This document shows, in pieces, positions 50,001 to 63,317 of a DNA stretch of 64,000 bases; positions within the stretch are counted from its first letter, which is position 1; each line of letters begins with the position of its first letter. Below the pieces are notes generated by a model that was not told where the DNA came from, ran no database searches, and saw nothing but the letters and a program-made list of their open reading frames with translations. Source of the stretch: Ginglymostoma cirratum (taxonomy: Eukaryota); the NCBI GenBank assembly GCA_024137785.1, contig JAHRHZ010000116.1, positions 62,001-126,000 on the forward strand, written 5' to 3'. Made by a program: the position numbers and the translations under genes.

Positions 50001-51630
50001 TTCCATCTTTCATTATAAACTTCTGAAGTTCAAAAGCTTTCACTTTATTCCACACTTCTCTCTCTTCATCTCATTCTTCTGTTGGAGCCATAATTTCCTT
50101 TTTGGTCTTGCTCTGACAGGGCTATTCTTTAATTTATTTTTTCTCTGCTTTTAATCGTCATTCAAACTATTTCATTTTTCCCCCATTTTTTCTGACTGGG
50201 CTATGTTGTTTTATTTTTCTTTTTTCTTTCTTTTTCCCCATGCCGTTGCCTCTAACTGAAACTGCTTCATTTGCAATTTAATTTTAGGTATTTTCAGTTG
50301 ATATGACTGAATTCCTAGCATCGTAAATGCTAAGTTATTATTACAATTATCTCCTTTTTCCTAATAGACACAAATAACATTAACGTCAGCATACTTTTCA
50401 ATTCCGAAGGTTTTGCATGGCTCTCGTTCTGTAAACTACCCAAAGTGACTTCTTCCACCTCCAATAAACTCTGAGCAACTGAAAGAGCCTTCATTAAACA
50501 AAACACGCACTGGTTAAACCAAGAAAATGTAACACAGGGAAGAAAATATCCAACAATCTACACTCGCTATGTGTGAGACCAAGGATCCTCAACCCAATGT
50601 GGAATTGGAGATTTTGATTTCGTCAAGAGCCCACGGTTTGTTATAGAGCAGAACAAACCCCTATCGTGTAAATCAAGGAGATAGCCTTGGCATTAACGTT
50701 TATATTATTTAAAGACAATTGCAAGGTGTTGTGTTCCAGTTGCAATTTGATTCGTTACACTACTTGCCCTTACTCAGAACACTTTGCTCTTACCTTCGAG
50801 GTAAAATGCAAACAGAAATAACGAAAAATTCATGTAACATTAATTCTACTGGAAAACTTAAAATATTAATAGATTATTTAACAGCTAAACTGCAACTTCC
50901 CATACAGTATCAGAGCACTAACCAGGCCTTAACAAAGGGAAATTCAGTGAAGTAAACTGGTCTCACTTGCGATTCTGGCAGTAGCGAGAGAAAAAAAAAG
51001 GTAGAGAGAAAACTGCTATGATATGTAATAACGTTTCAGGTCAACTTTAACACTCAAAAACTACTCAACGCAAAACTAACACTCTGGTTCTGTGGTATTC
51101 TGACCCCACCAGTGCACGCTGCTACTATTGTTCCAACAGTTAAACAAAAACTTATCCAATGTTGTTCAAAATAGGACAGCACAATGGCTCACAGTGCCAG
51201 GAATCCGATTTCGATTCCACCATTGGGCAACTGTCTGTGTGGCGTTTGCATATTTTCTCCACGTCTGCATGGGTTTCTGCTGGGTGCTCCGGTTTCCTCC
51301 CACAGTCCAAAAATGTGTAGGTTAGGTAGAATGGCCATAATAAATTGCCTTTAGTGTCCAAAGATGTGTAAATTAGTTGGATTAGACATTGGAATTGGAG
51401 GATTAGAGGGTAAGGGTGGGCGAATGTGTCTAGGTGGGATGCTTTTCGGAGCGGTGGCTTGGATTTGTTGGGCCGAATCGCCTGTTTCCAATGGGATTCT
51501 ATGATAACCCGGGACCTCAAAAGCCGTTTACGCTGTTTGTTTGAACTAGACAGTTCTGAGACTCAGTCTCAAAATCACCTCTTCAAAAATAAAGGACAGA
51601 TTATGCCTCTTAAAGTCACTGCAGCGTCAC
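47050..51630 (-). mobile_element. Two tandem decayed Gypsy-type LTR-gag units (Gmr1/SCAN-like gag), the left one with an integrase remnant
   Basis: paralogous gag starts (ALSFTKSF..EEVT at ~48340; ALSVAQSL..EEVT at ~50488); PAFDNKGIETFFSKFEKVAK; integrase KTKRGSKYLLTIIDM...AYHP; paired LTR-like blocks ~48510-49105 and ~50640-51630. Confidence 0.65.
51172..51505 (+). mobile_element. HE1-like SINE nested in an LTR-like block
   Basis: gggtttctgctgggtgctccggtttcctcccacagtccaaa. Confidence 0.8.
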
Positions 51631-51789
51631 GCCTTCCTGCAATTGTATTGAGCCATGGTGAAGCCATAAGTAGATCCTCGTGCCTCATTTCAATACTTTT
51701 ACATAATGTATAATATAGTACCACCGAGGGACAACAACAAGGTTTGTCAGACAAATTTTTTGAAGGCAGGATTTTCAAACAGGAATAGA

Positions 51790-52475
51790 TTATGAGATCA
51801 GAGTCATAGAAATGTGCATCATGGAATAAAACCCTTCGGTCCACGACTTCCTTTGTGCAAGATATCCTAAACTAATGTAATTCCATTTTCCAGCATTTTG
51901 GCCATATCCCGCTAAGACATTATGATTCAAGTACCGATCCAATTGCCCATTCAGTGTTGTAACAATGCCAGCCTGCACCATCTCCTCTTGCAGCTCATTC
52001 CATACAAGCAACACCAACTGCGTGAAAAGTTTGTTCTCAGGTCCCTTTTAAATCTGTCCATTCTCACCATAAACCTATGCCTTCTAGTTTTTGATTCCAT
52101 ACCATGCGAGGAGAAAGAAAAACTTGGTTATTCAATCTACCTATGCACCTCATGCTTCTATAAACCTCTATAAGTTGACCTCTCAGTCTCCAACTCACCA
52201 CAGGAAATAATACAAACATATTCAAATTTTCCTTATAACTCTCCCGATAGCTCAAACTCTCAAAACCCAGCAACATCCTTGTCAATCTTTTCTGAACCCT
52301 TTCAATTTTCACAACATATTTCCCACAGCAGGGAGTCCAGAAATGAAAATAGTGTTCCAAAAGCGTGTTCTTTACGGCTGCAGCATGATCTTCCAACTCC
52401 TTTATTCGATGCACTGACGCATAAAAACAGGCGTACCAAACGCCTGCCTCACTATTCTGTCTACCTGCAGATTGT
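51790..52475 (-). mobile_element. CR1 LINE 3' fragment
   Basis: IERVQKRLTRMLLGFESLSYRE...LRGQLIEVY. Confidence 0.8.
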
Positions 52476-55430
52476 CTAGATAGTAGACTATTGTAAGTGA
52501 ACTTTAATGAGCCAGACAACATGCTTTCAGGGCTCTTTAAGACAGATGCAGAAAGATTATCGTGCTAGCTGGAAATGTCCAAAGACAGACACGGTGTCAG
52601 TATAACAGTGAGAACGATGCTGTGTTCAAATTTGGGTAATATTCCTCAGTCAAACGATCAGAAGTTTTTGGAATTCTTTGCCATATTTGGCTGTGTAGGC
52701 TCAGTCATGAAGTATGTTGAAGATAGAAATCGACAGGTAAAACAGAAAAGCTCACCAGATCTAGCAGAATTTGAGAAAAAAGTGACAGAGCCAACGTTTG
52801 GTTTATGATTTGGCTGCTGAATAGTTGTATCCAATACGAAATGCTAACCTATTTTTCCATGAACGGGTATGTGGGACATCCTGGGTTTCTCCAGAATTTC
52901 TGCATTTCTTTTCAAACTTCTAGCATCCACAATAATTTGATTTTATCTGAGAAATCGATAGATGCAGATTTGTTCAGTTGATTCTGAGATATTGTGATAG
53001 CACCAGAGAATAGAGTTGCAATATTCGAGGAGACATGATGTAATTGAATCGAAAAGCAATTTTAACTGGTCGAGTCGCCTACTTATGTTGTTATACCCAG
53101 CTTTACTCTATTACTAGCTCTGACTGCTGACCACGTCTAACACGACCTTGCACGTAATATTTCCTTGAATATCGGACCCGTACTTATATTGGTCTTAAAT
53201 TAAAACAATATGACATTATATCCATTCCCAACTTCGTCTTTTAAAGAAGAAAAAATGAACATGCAATGATTTAACTAATCTTTGTCAGCAACGGAAATTA
53301 TGTCAGTCAACGGTTTCGACAGAGTGGATTGTCAAAAATCAACCATCTAACACAGTAAACCAAATTAAGTTCATATTGGATGGTTGCGAAGACAAGTGCA
53401 GAAATCATGGGGATGTATTTTCCCTTGATATCTGTCCAGCATTACTTATGGCGCTCAGAGATATGCTGTTCTGGAGAAAAGGGAATAACGGTACAAAACA
53501 CGAATGTCTAATTTAGCACAGGCAAAGGCACATTCTAAATCAGTGGTCTGGAAATGGAGCAGACGCACTGAGTGCTTTTTACCCCCCTCCATTGTTTACA
53601 GGGGTGTAGCTAGTATCAAATGTGAACTGTAACACCAAGACATAGGGAAAGGCTGAGCACTGATGTGGACAAACAAAAATGGAACATTCTGTAAACCAAC
53701 TAGTCCCTGCTTTACCCAGGTACAATCCTAACCAAACGTAAATCATATAGCTTCCTGTGCTTTTAATGCCTCGATCACAACTTCAAATTGTTTGGACTGT
53801 ATTTCTTTAATTTAAAATTTGATGTGAAAATTCTAAAGTAATTCGGGCTCTATTCATGGTAAAAGGTGATGAAGCAGTAGACTGAATCTACAGCACTTGG
53901 GTCATTTCTGATGTATGTTACGCTCAAATACTTTCAATTGTATGATGTAAAGGATTTGGGACTGCTGTACTCGTGAAGAAATTTGGGGTTTGAGAGAAGA
54001 CATATCTGTGCTGCTAATTGCACGAACCAACGACCTCCTAGAATTGGATAGCAATTTGTGGACTGGACGTGTGCAGATTGCTTTGCGTTATTCTTACTCT
54101 ATCTCTGTCCTTCTTCAAATATCTGTTCATTTAGTTCCACCTCTCTGTCTGTCTCCAACCTGACTTTGCTGTGTAATACCGTTCACTTTTTCCTCGTCGT
54201 ATGGAAATTGAAAAGAATACCTTGTCTCAGACTTTCATTTCAAAAGGGGCTCACATAAAGTATTCCCTTCAAAGTGACAATTAAAATATATCAAAGTACA
54301 GCCTGTAGGTCAAGATAAATTTAAAATGAAAATGGTTACATGTAACATGTTTAGTCGTTAGATGATTGTGAGAATATATGTTCCTTCAATATGTGACTTT
54401 TATTTATTCCTTTATGAAATGTTGGTTTCGCTGGGAAAGACAGCATTCATTACCCTTCCTTAATTGCCCTTGAACAGAGTACCTTACAAAGCCTTTTCAA
54501 GATCAATCAAGAGTCAAGCACATTGCCTATGTCTGGAGTACCGTGTAAGCGAGACCATTGTATTATTCTTTCTGGAAAGGTAATTGAAATTTTGTTTTTC
54601 TTACAACACGCAAATCAATTACCGTTTCACTTCTGCTGTTAACGTGACTAGCTAATTTCAGATTATTTCATAACTCAGTTTACATTCCTTTATCGGATTC
54701 GTCTGTAGAATAGTTAGCCTGAGCCTCTGAATTACTAGAGCAGTAATATCACCATGATATCACCATCTGCCAATGTAATCTACATTGATTTATTTTACTT
54801 TGCTCATTCATTGTTCATTACTTCTGTTGTGAACATCGAAACTATCAATGAAATTTTGCCAAATGTAAGTTCAAATGACACGAATTTCGTTTATTCTTCC
54901 TCGATTTAAAAGTTTTAGAAGTGATAGCATTAGTGTGCGAATCAAGAATAGTGGATGGGCTGGTCATTATATTGTCGACAGCATTGTCCCGGTTGCGTCG
55001 TTTACCGTTCCCCAATCCAATACTGAAGCAATGATGCTGATATTCAAAATGTTATTTCTCCTGTTTGAGTTTCTACCCGGATTAATTTAAAATATTTTTC
55101 GCTGTTACAGTAGTACAAAATATTGAAAAATGGTAAGTAATATTTTGTATGTTTTGAAAGCAGGTCGCAGGCTGGAGATACAATCGTCACGCTTTTCTCC
55201 CTGTCAACTCCGAGTGCAGCTGAGATGTCAAATTTAGACTCGACTGTATCCCCGCCCAAAACTTCCGTTTCATTCTCCATCTCTCCCCTACCCCTTATTT
55301 TGCATGACGCAATTGTGTTTTTAGAGAGACTGCTACCGCTATGCTATTTTTGTTATTGACTGGAACAGCAATGCAGTTGGGTAGGGATCTGCCTTTCTGC
55401 TCCGTTAGGGGTGCAGAGTCGTCATTCAGC

Positions 55431-55967
55431 ATGAGGAAATTTTCATGCCGTTCCTCATCATCGTATTCATTCTGAGTAAGTATGTTCTTCTCAGAAAAAA
55501 AAAATGTGCCGATTGTTACGATATGAATGTTATTGTTTGTCGATGAGATGGTGCCAATTATGTAGACCAATATGAGTCTGACGCTATTGCCATTTTAACG
55601 TTGCTTCATATATTAGAATGGAGCCACCAGAATGCAGTGGAACAGCGGTTGGGTAAAATATTGGTCGAAGATGAAAAGAACATCGCCATTACCTGTAACT
55701 TGAAGAACAGCAGCTCTAACGATTATGCAAACTGGTACAGTCAGCGTCCAATGCAGTATCCAGAGTTCATGCTTCAGCTTATTGGGATGAGTGTGCACAA
55801 GAATACTGGCATCAGTGATCGATTCTCTTCGAAAAAAAACTGGCAAGATCATCGAACTAACAATCAGCAACATCCTCAACTCTGACAGTGCAGTCTATCT
55901 CTGTGCCCTGCAGTATGCTTCAGTATATTACAGTGAAAGTATTTCTGTCCGAGTCGATCATGATCAG
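55431..55967 (+). pseudogene. TCR V pseudogene (homopolymer frameshifts, defective RSS)
   Basis: leader MRKF/MPFLIIVFIL|gtaagt (55431-55475); exon from 55617 WSHQNAVEQ...ITCNLK...NWYSQ...RFSSKK/TGKIIELTISNILNSDSAVYLCALQ; heptamer TACAGTG 55929 with poor nonamer. Confidence 0.85.
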
Positions 55968-56463
55968 TGAGCAGTGCTATTAATGGCAAACTGTAACACC
56001 AGTACCACAACATAATTTGTACGACCCCCAGTGGCCAAGACGCATTCTGTACAAAGCGATAATTGAAATCAATACACATTTCGAGCTTAATTCGGTCATC
56101 AAGAATTTTTGCTTTTAGTCATTCTGTTGAGCATATTTCGGACAATGTCGATTAATTGCTGGGCCTTAAAGTAAAGAAGTGATTTGAGATTTCTGCTAGG
56201 AATGAAGTGGATCAACTACGATCTCATTCACTGGTACAGCAGATTCGACAGTCTAAATAGCTTCCTCCAGCTCCCGTCCTGTGTTCATATGGCCGACACT
56301 TTGATGTCTTAAATTGTAGAACAATGAATCTGCAAGTCGATTTGTTGACTCTGTCAGAAATAAATTAATCAGCATGGAAATAGGATATGACACATCGTTG
56401 ACTCCTAGCTGAAACAATTCAACTTCAAGCCCTTTGTTCAAACCAACCATTCACTCTGCAATC

Positions 56464-57009
56464 ATGTTGGATTTTATTATTGTCTTATTCCTCACTGCTG
56501 CCACTCCTTTAATTGGTAAGTTCCTGTGTTGTAAAATGTTCACTTCGAGGTAATATGACTACAGCAATCTTCTCTTTGGCTGTGTTTCTTTATTTAACAA
56601 TATAAACTTTAACGGTATAACATTTACTGTAACCATTATTTCAAAATTATTTTCCTTCTATATTTATGCAGGCATTAATAGTGCAGACTCGATTTCACAA
56701 GAACCTTTTACAGTGATACAATTTGATGGAGAAATTGATGAGTTTTCATTTGAGCTATTTGACAGAAGATAATACATACGCCTTGTAATTGTGCCGTCAC
56801 TACCCGGGTAAATCTCTGACATTCTTCAGCGACATTTCTAAATATGGGAGTGTTGTCAGAGCAAAAGGCATTCATGCTCGATTTTATTTATCTTTAAAAT
56901 GTGAGGAGAAGTTCACCATTGGTGACCTGCGGCTGTCTGACAACGTGGTATGTTACTGACAGCTAAGGGATACAGTAACGGAACCAGTGGGAGTTGCAGT
57001 CAAAAACGC
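56464..57009 (+). pseudogene. TCR V pseudogene
   Basis: leader MLDFIIVLFLTAATPLIG|gtaag (56464-56515); exon from 56672 INSADSISQEP.../...RHYPGKSL...FTIGDLRLSDNVVCY*; RSS TACAGTA (56971) + 23 + CAAAAACGC. Confidence 0.85.
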
Positions 57010-58020
57010 CGCTATCATGGGACAAAGTGAGTGGTATGGGGAGCATGGGGCGCGCAGACTGCAGAGTAACTAAGCCGCGCTAAACGTTTTCTTGGAAACC
57101 ACTGAACTCAGAAATATCCTGCTATTTAACAACAGAGAAGAATAACAAGTGCTGCTTTGGAGAATGTTGCCTTTATATAGGCTGCATTCAGAACATCACT
57201 CATATATGTGATTAAAGAATTTATGCCATTTTATACAGTAAAAATTTTTTGACACACCAGTTTCCCAAAATATCTTTCCTGACTTTTCGAGCCATTCCTG
57301 ATTATTAAACTGAAACAAGAAAGCACCGTGGGATGTACAACAAAATTTAAAAAAAAACTCTTTTTATTCAATTATATATGTAGCCTTAGCTGATGAGTTC
57401 ATATTTCAAAAAGGTCTTCGAATATTCTGTATGATAAGTGCCACTTTCTTCAATTAAGCTTTCATACTTAGTTAGTTTTCTCACCAGCTATTCCAAGAAA
57501 ACCCTACTTCTGTTCTTCCAGATTATTGCCGTTAATATCATCGTTCTTCATTTTCTCCTTCTATCCTGAAAGTATCCCTCTTTTACATTGCGAAATTACG
57601 GTCCTTATCTTTATTATGTACACACTTAAGAGGTGTTCAATTTGGTTGGTGGAAATATTATGTTTCTCACTTTGCAGGCTGTTCTTCATACTACATTCAG
57701 CAACTTCACATTGAAAATTATTTGTTTTTTTTCCCCAATGCTGCGATACACAGAAATATTTAGTGCCAGGCCAGCTGCACAGTCTGTACCCTCACTGAAG
57801 CAGAGTTAGGTGTTCTCTAACATTCCGAAAGAAAGATTATTCAGTCCTCTCACAGTCAACACAATAATCAGAATCAGTATTCGTTGTGAACAACTTTAAA
57901 TGTTGATAACGTGGATTGTCCACCAAGATTTTCCCTTCGCAGTAAGTGAATTGTTAGTCTGTAACCTACTTTCATAAACAGATCACAACAACAGCAGCTG
58001 TAACCTAGAACAATGCCAAC

Positions 58021-58059
58021 AGTTATTGTACAAGGCTTTTACTCGTTTCTATCACTGTG
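58021..58059 (-). other. 23-spacer RSS
   Basis: CACAGTG + 23 + ACAATAACT. Confidence 0.92.
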
Positions 58060-59145
58060 AGGCTGATTGCACAGTAATAGACCATTGTGTCAGACAATTG
58101 CAGGTCTGAGATGGTCAATTGATACAACTTGTCTTTCTGCTGTACTACATCAGAAAACCGGGTCCGAGCAAAATCCGCCTTCAATTCAGCACTGCCAGTC
58201 GTGTGCCTCCGGACTGTGAACTCTGGCTGTCTGTCTGGGTACTGACGATACCAGAACAAGTAATAACCATCGTCAGTGTAGGTACAGGTTAACGTGATAT
58301 TGCCTCCCTCCATCTGCTTTAGCGAAAGATCCTGCTGAGTAACAGAAACGGCATCACTCAAATCTGGAACACAAAGTTAGAGAAAGCAGATAACAAAGAT
58401 TACATATTTGAGCAAAATGAACGAATTGTAGAAATTCTTGATCTTGCCTAAAACTAGACAGAATTTAAAGCAGGTAGAGCTTGTTCAGATCGTTAGGCGC
58501 ACGCCTGTGTATATAACAACTACAAGCATCCTTCTTATTTCTTCCGATCGTTCTACTAGCAAATCACTCAATCCCTTTCTTCCTCTTTTCTGCTTTTGGA
58601 TGCGTCTTTGTTGTTTCGTACAAATACATCCTGTGCCTACGAAAAACACATCCTTCATGTTCTCCAGTTTTTTTTTTCAAACTCTGAAATCCTCGTTGTA
58701 TCATTTTGTATCGTTTGAACTTGTTTATTTACATTTATGTATCTGAAACCCCCTCCAAGTGGAATATCTCACACCGTGACTGGAAGAAAATATCTTTTCA
58801 CTGTTGTAAAGACATCAGTCCGGATACCCGTTAGTCGTCTCTTCAGTGGAGAAAACAACCCTAGCCTACTCTTTTTTTGTCAGTTACGAAATCTAAATTC
58901 CAGCGCTAAATCCATAAACTATTTTTTTTCCTGTTGCGCTTGACATCTCTTCAATCTTTGTGTAAAATAGTGACTAGACTTGCACACAATTCGAAAGTGT
59001 TCTCTGATCCAGCTCTCGTGCCTGTATAACATTTGTAATCTCTTTCTCAAATATATTCCTCCAGCCATTAAACACTGTTCAAAGCTATAAACACCTTACC
59101 AATAGTAGAAGTCACCCAGGCCAGACAGAGAAAGCACAGCCACAT
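58060..59145 (-). CDS. TRAV/TRDV: TCR V segment, intact: leader exon 59145-59100, 736-nt intron, V exon 58363-58060
   Basis: MWLCFLCLAWVTSTI|DLSDAVSVTQ...LTCTY...LFWYRQYP...LQLSDTMVYYCAIS; donor GTAAGG, acceptor ttgtgttccag. Confidence 0.9.
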
Positions 59146-60275
59146 CGCTACTGCTCTGGGATTCGAAGGATATTTCTGTATCTCAAAAATCCACAGAACG
59201 TCTGACAAGAAAAAAAAATGATGATAGTTTGGATTGAGTTCAAATTGATATCACTTCCTGCGAATCATGCGATAGGAGGACCTTAATCTGACGTTCTGCT
59301 GACGTCGATCGCCACAAATCTCTGTTTACTTCAGAAAAGAGAGACAGTCAAGGTTCTCCCTGTTGTTTAGAGAAAGATGAGCAAATGTAAACAGCTTGTA
59401 TTTAACTCACCCAAGAGAAGAGTAAAGTGAATGCAGAAGGAAGCTTGGTCTCTGACTGACTTGACACACAGCTTAGTCATCAAATGATCTAAAGCAAACT
59501 GTCTCAATAAAAGAAGTTTCATTGTTGAAGTTAGATTGAGAAGTTCGCTTGTCATTCATTGTGAGTAATCCGACTGAGTTGGCAACAGGGTGAGCCCTGT
59601 TAAACTTTCTACGCGGGACACCTGATGCTTTCCATTTGTGGCACCAAACAGTGGGGAGAGGAGAGATGTGTTTTGGGAGTAGGGGATGTGGCGGTGGCGG
59701 GTGTGTGTCGAGTAGTGGTGGTCAAATATGTCAATGAGCTAAATCACTCGGCCAAATATTGTCCAATAAGAAGTATAATTTCAGAAACTGCAACTTGTTT
59801 CTTCTGCGAATTCCTTACAGTGGAATTCTGAGGAAGAATCATTGGACCCGAAGCTTTAACTCTGAGTTTGCTTCACAGATGCTGCCACACCTGCTGAGCT
59901 TTTACAGCAAATTCTGTACATGTTCAACCTCAGAACAAAGTTTTGTCTCTGATTTACAGAATAATAATGAACTGGGCATAAACAGTAGTTTGACTCCTTT
60001 GTCAGGGCCAATGTTAGTTTCGGGAATAGATGAAAAATAATTGCATTTGTTGAGTAATAGCGCCAGAACCCGCTGTTTCAAGACCTGCTCGGTGTGAGTT
60101 AAAGAAAAATCGCATCCAACATTAAGAGTGATTTGAACAGAACATAGCGGAATCAATAATTCAAAAAGAAAAAAAAATGGACAGGCTGACGTGAAAATCT
60201 ACTTTTTATTATGGTAACAATTCATGATTCAGCTCAGAGATCTGATCCATTGAGAGGAGGTAGAGGTGTCTTGCT

Positions 60276-60314
60276 GGTTTTTGTACATGCCAAAAGATTG
60301 TGCGTATCAATGTG
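60276..60314 (-). other. 23-spacer RSS
   Basis: CACATTG + 23 + ACAAAAACC (perfect nonamer). Confidence 0.93.
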
Positions 60315-60754
60315 GAACTCAGAGCACAGCGGTAGACGGCAGAGTCGGAGACATCAACGTTGGTGATATTTAAGTTCACTGTTTTCTTGTTTTTGTCCAA
60401 ATTAGCAGAGAACCGATCAGGAAAATCTGTAGACCTGTCCCCTTGCTGCTCTTTGTATCTGTGCAGTAAATATCTTGGAAATTTCCCAGGAGACTGGATG
60501 TACCAAAAGAGAGTTTCTCCAGCGAATTCTGCTGTTGTGTAATTACAGTTCAGTATTATATTATGGCCTTCCTCAGCGATCCATTCTGGTGGATCCTGGA
60601 AAACGGAATCTTGGCCATTCGTTCCTGCAACAAATACATGCACCGTGTTAAAAATCTGCATACGTAAATCTGATCAAACACACAATGGCGATTTTATCTC
60701 TGACTTACCAAGCACCGCGGCCATGATTATCAGTAAGGAATACAGGAAACACAT
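60315..60754 (-). CDS. TRAV/TRDV: TCR V segment, intact: leader exon 60754-60709, V exon 60624-60315
   Basis: MCFLYSLLIIMAAVLG|TNGQDSVFQDP...LNCNY...LFWYIQSP...DSAVYRCALS. Confidence 0.93.
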
Positions 60755-60879
60755 GATATCTACCTCAACAGTAAACAGAACGTTTTAAATGAATTGATGA
60801 CTCTTACATCAGCCACTAAACTTAACTAAGGGGCCTGCTTCACTTTTGGGGAAAAATGAGCAAGGCTTCACTCTGCTGC

Positions 60880-60908
60880 GATTGGTTGTGCTCTCAGATT
60901 TGACGTCA
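60880..60908 (-). promoter_or_regulatory. Putative V promoter: CRE plus CCAAT
   Basis: TGACGTCA at 60901-60908 and ATTGG at 60881, about 130-150 nt upstream of the leader ATG; similar TGACGTC near 59300 upstream of the 59145 leader. Confidence 0.55.
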
Positions 60909-62647
60909 ACTACGGACGAAACAGAATCTGTTAACGACAAAAACTAAATTCGTTCTAATTGTATATCTTGTTGCTTTGGTGTCTTTCTCATCCGTTTGTT
61001 CAGTCTCACATTTTTAGGCATTCTGCCTCTGTTTAACTTGCTTCTGTTTTCAACCCAATGTCTCCATATTTTCACCGATTTATCATTCTTTCTACTTTAG
61101 GTGAAAGGTTAATAATTCAAAATTGATGTGAAACTCATGTATTAATCGATGTATCCGAATGCTGTCTGATTTACAAGGCAAGAATAAGTCGTGATCCCAT
61201 TCCAAATCAGATTATGAATTAATAGTGGTGATATTGGAAGGAAGACAACGATTTCAGTCATACATGATCCTTACCAGAAGCACTTTCGATTGCAACACCC
61301 CTGGAACTCGCTTTGAGATTTGATAAGCTTTGAAAGACACCACGATATATAGGCATCAGACAGAACTATTTTTCAGTTAAAATTTAACTAATTACATATC
61401 ACTGCATCTTTTAAAAAAATCAACAAGGAACAGAAGCACGACGGCTTCTTCCCTCGCAGAAACAGGCAGGAATAGCCCAAATTCTGGGGCAGCGAGCTGA
61501 AGACCGTTCCAACCAAAGAATGGGAAGGGAAGACGCTAAAAAATACGTTCCCTTTGACGGAAACTTAATTACACTGTCGTCTCTTCTCAAGAGCAAAACC
61601 CTGAGAAGTGGGCAGGCAGATTCACAAACAACTGCTGAAAGCTATACAAGCCAAATCATATTCATTGATTTGATTCTCAGTCTGCAGGTACAAGCTGGAT
61701 TACTGAAACCAGACAATCGAAGGGAATGAGCGTGGTGGGACTGGGGAGTGGGAGTACAGAAAACATGGTGCGTTGCGGTAAGATGATAGATTTGGATTTC
61801 ATCCTTGGAATAACAATTATTGCGTGGAATTTAGAATTATAGACATCTTTAGAGAACAATAGGAGATAAGAGACTTATATTATCTGGGGTCTTAGACAAG
61901 ATTTGTTTTCCTTATATTGATGTACGTTTCACGGTAATATGGCTGAGTTAATCAAATTTAAAAGGAGTTTAGATAGAATATAAAGCATGCTATATTGGCT
62001 TCATTGGCAAGGCTTCCAATAACAGGAGGAACGAGATCAAGAGAATCGATAAAACAGAAAACATCTTTTAAGCGTTGTACTTTATTCAGATTCATAATGC
62101 CCCATGTGAGAGGACTGTGAAAGCTCATTAAATGCTAACTTTCAGAATGGTGTTTTAAAAGACCTGGGAAGTGGTTAAATATGAAATGCTACAGCAAGTG
62201 AGAAGAACGGTGGGAGTGGAATTAATGACTTGGTCCCTTCAAAGTGCAGGCATAAGCACGATGACCAATTTCCTAGTCTTGTGTCATAGGTCTATGTGAT
62301 ATTTGATCCTTTATTCGTCCCCTCAGCTCTTCCCATGTGTTCCTTGGTTACTCTGTTCTAAAGAGCGTAGGATGGTCACAGAACTTCTAACATTTACCAG
62401 TTCCCGGTACATTTGAGCAGTGCTGTGCAATTTCTATTCTGACATGGAGAAATTACACTCAAAGCCAATTCTACCGCAGTCCTGCACTCAGCTTCCGTTT
62501 TCTGTTTTGAAATGACCCGCCTGGCCTTCCTATGTTCCTGTAACGATTTTTGCAATCATCACTGTTTGTCATGAGTGGACCAGCTTTGAATGGGGATCAC
62601 GGCGTGTGGGTTTTTTCACGCATCAAAATGGCAACCCAGAGAGCACA

Positions 62648-63317
62648 ATGAGGAACTGTCTCCCACTGGGTCTTGCAATTATCTCATTTCTAGGGCAGTG
62701 ATTCTTTTCCAGAAAAAAAAAATCTCCATTGTCCCCGAACCGTATGTTTGCAACCCTGGTATTATTACTTGTAAATCACTGACAGTAATGATTATAATTT
62801 TGATTACTGGTGTTACTTAATGTTAGAATGGTGTCAGAAAGATACAGTGGAACAGCTGCTTCCTGAAATGGCATTTAAAAGACAGAAGTACTTTTCTACA
62901 AATCTGAAACTTGAAGACAAGTGATGCAAGTTGTGCTCAGTGATACAGCTAGTACCCAGTGCAGCATCCGCAGTATGTACCTTGATTGGGGAGTTGATAA
63001 ACAGGAACTCTACCTTCAGTTGATTTCTAAGGATGAATCACTGGACCCGAAACATTGACTTTCATTTCTATTCACAGATGCTGTCAGACCCATGGAGTTT
63101 ATCCAGCAATTATTATTTTAGTTTCTGCTTTCCAGCTTCTGCAGTTATTTTTCAAGTTCTTATGCGAACTTTTGTGAGCTATCCTCTGCAACATTTAATA
63201 AAACTATGATGATTACCAAATTAACCATCAACAAGGCCCTCTTTTCTGACTCTGCCGTGTGTTTCTGAGCCATGTGCCCCACACTGATTCAGAGATGACA
63301 GATTCCATATAAACCCC
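62648..63317 (+). pseudogene. TCR V pseudogene (same family as 55431), interrupted by a Penelope-like repeat (~63024-63160)
   Basis: leader MRNCLPLGLAIISFL with mutated donor; WCQKDTVEQLLP...*NLKTSDASCAQ*YS*YPVQHPQY; KLTINKALFSDSAVCF*; RSS CACACTG (63280) ... ATAAACCCC. Confidence 0.8.
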
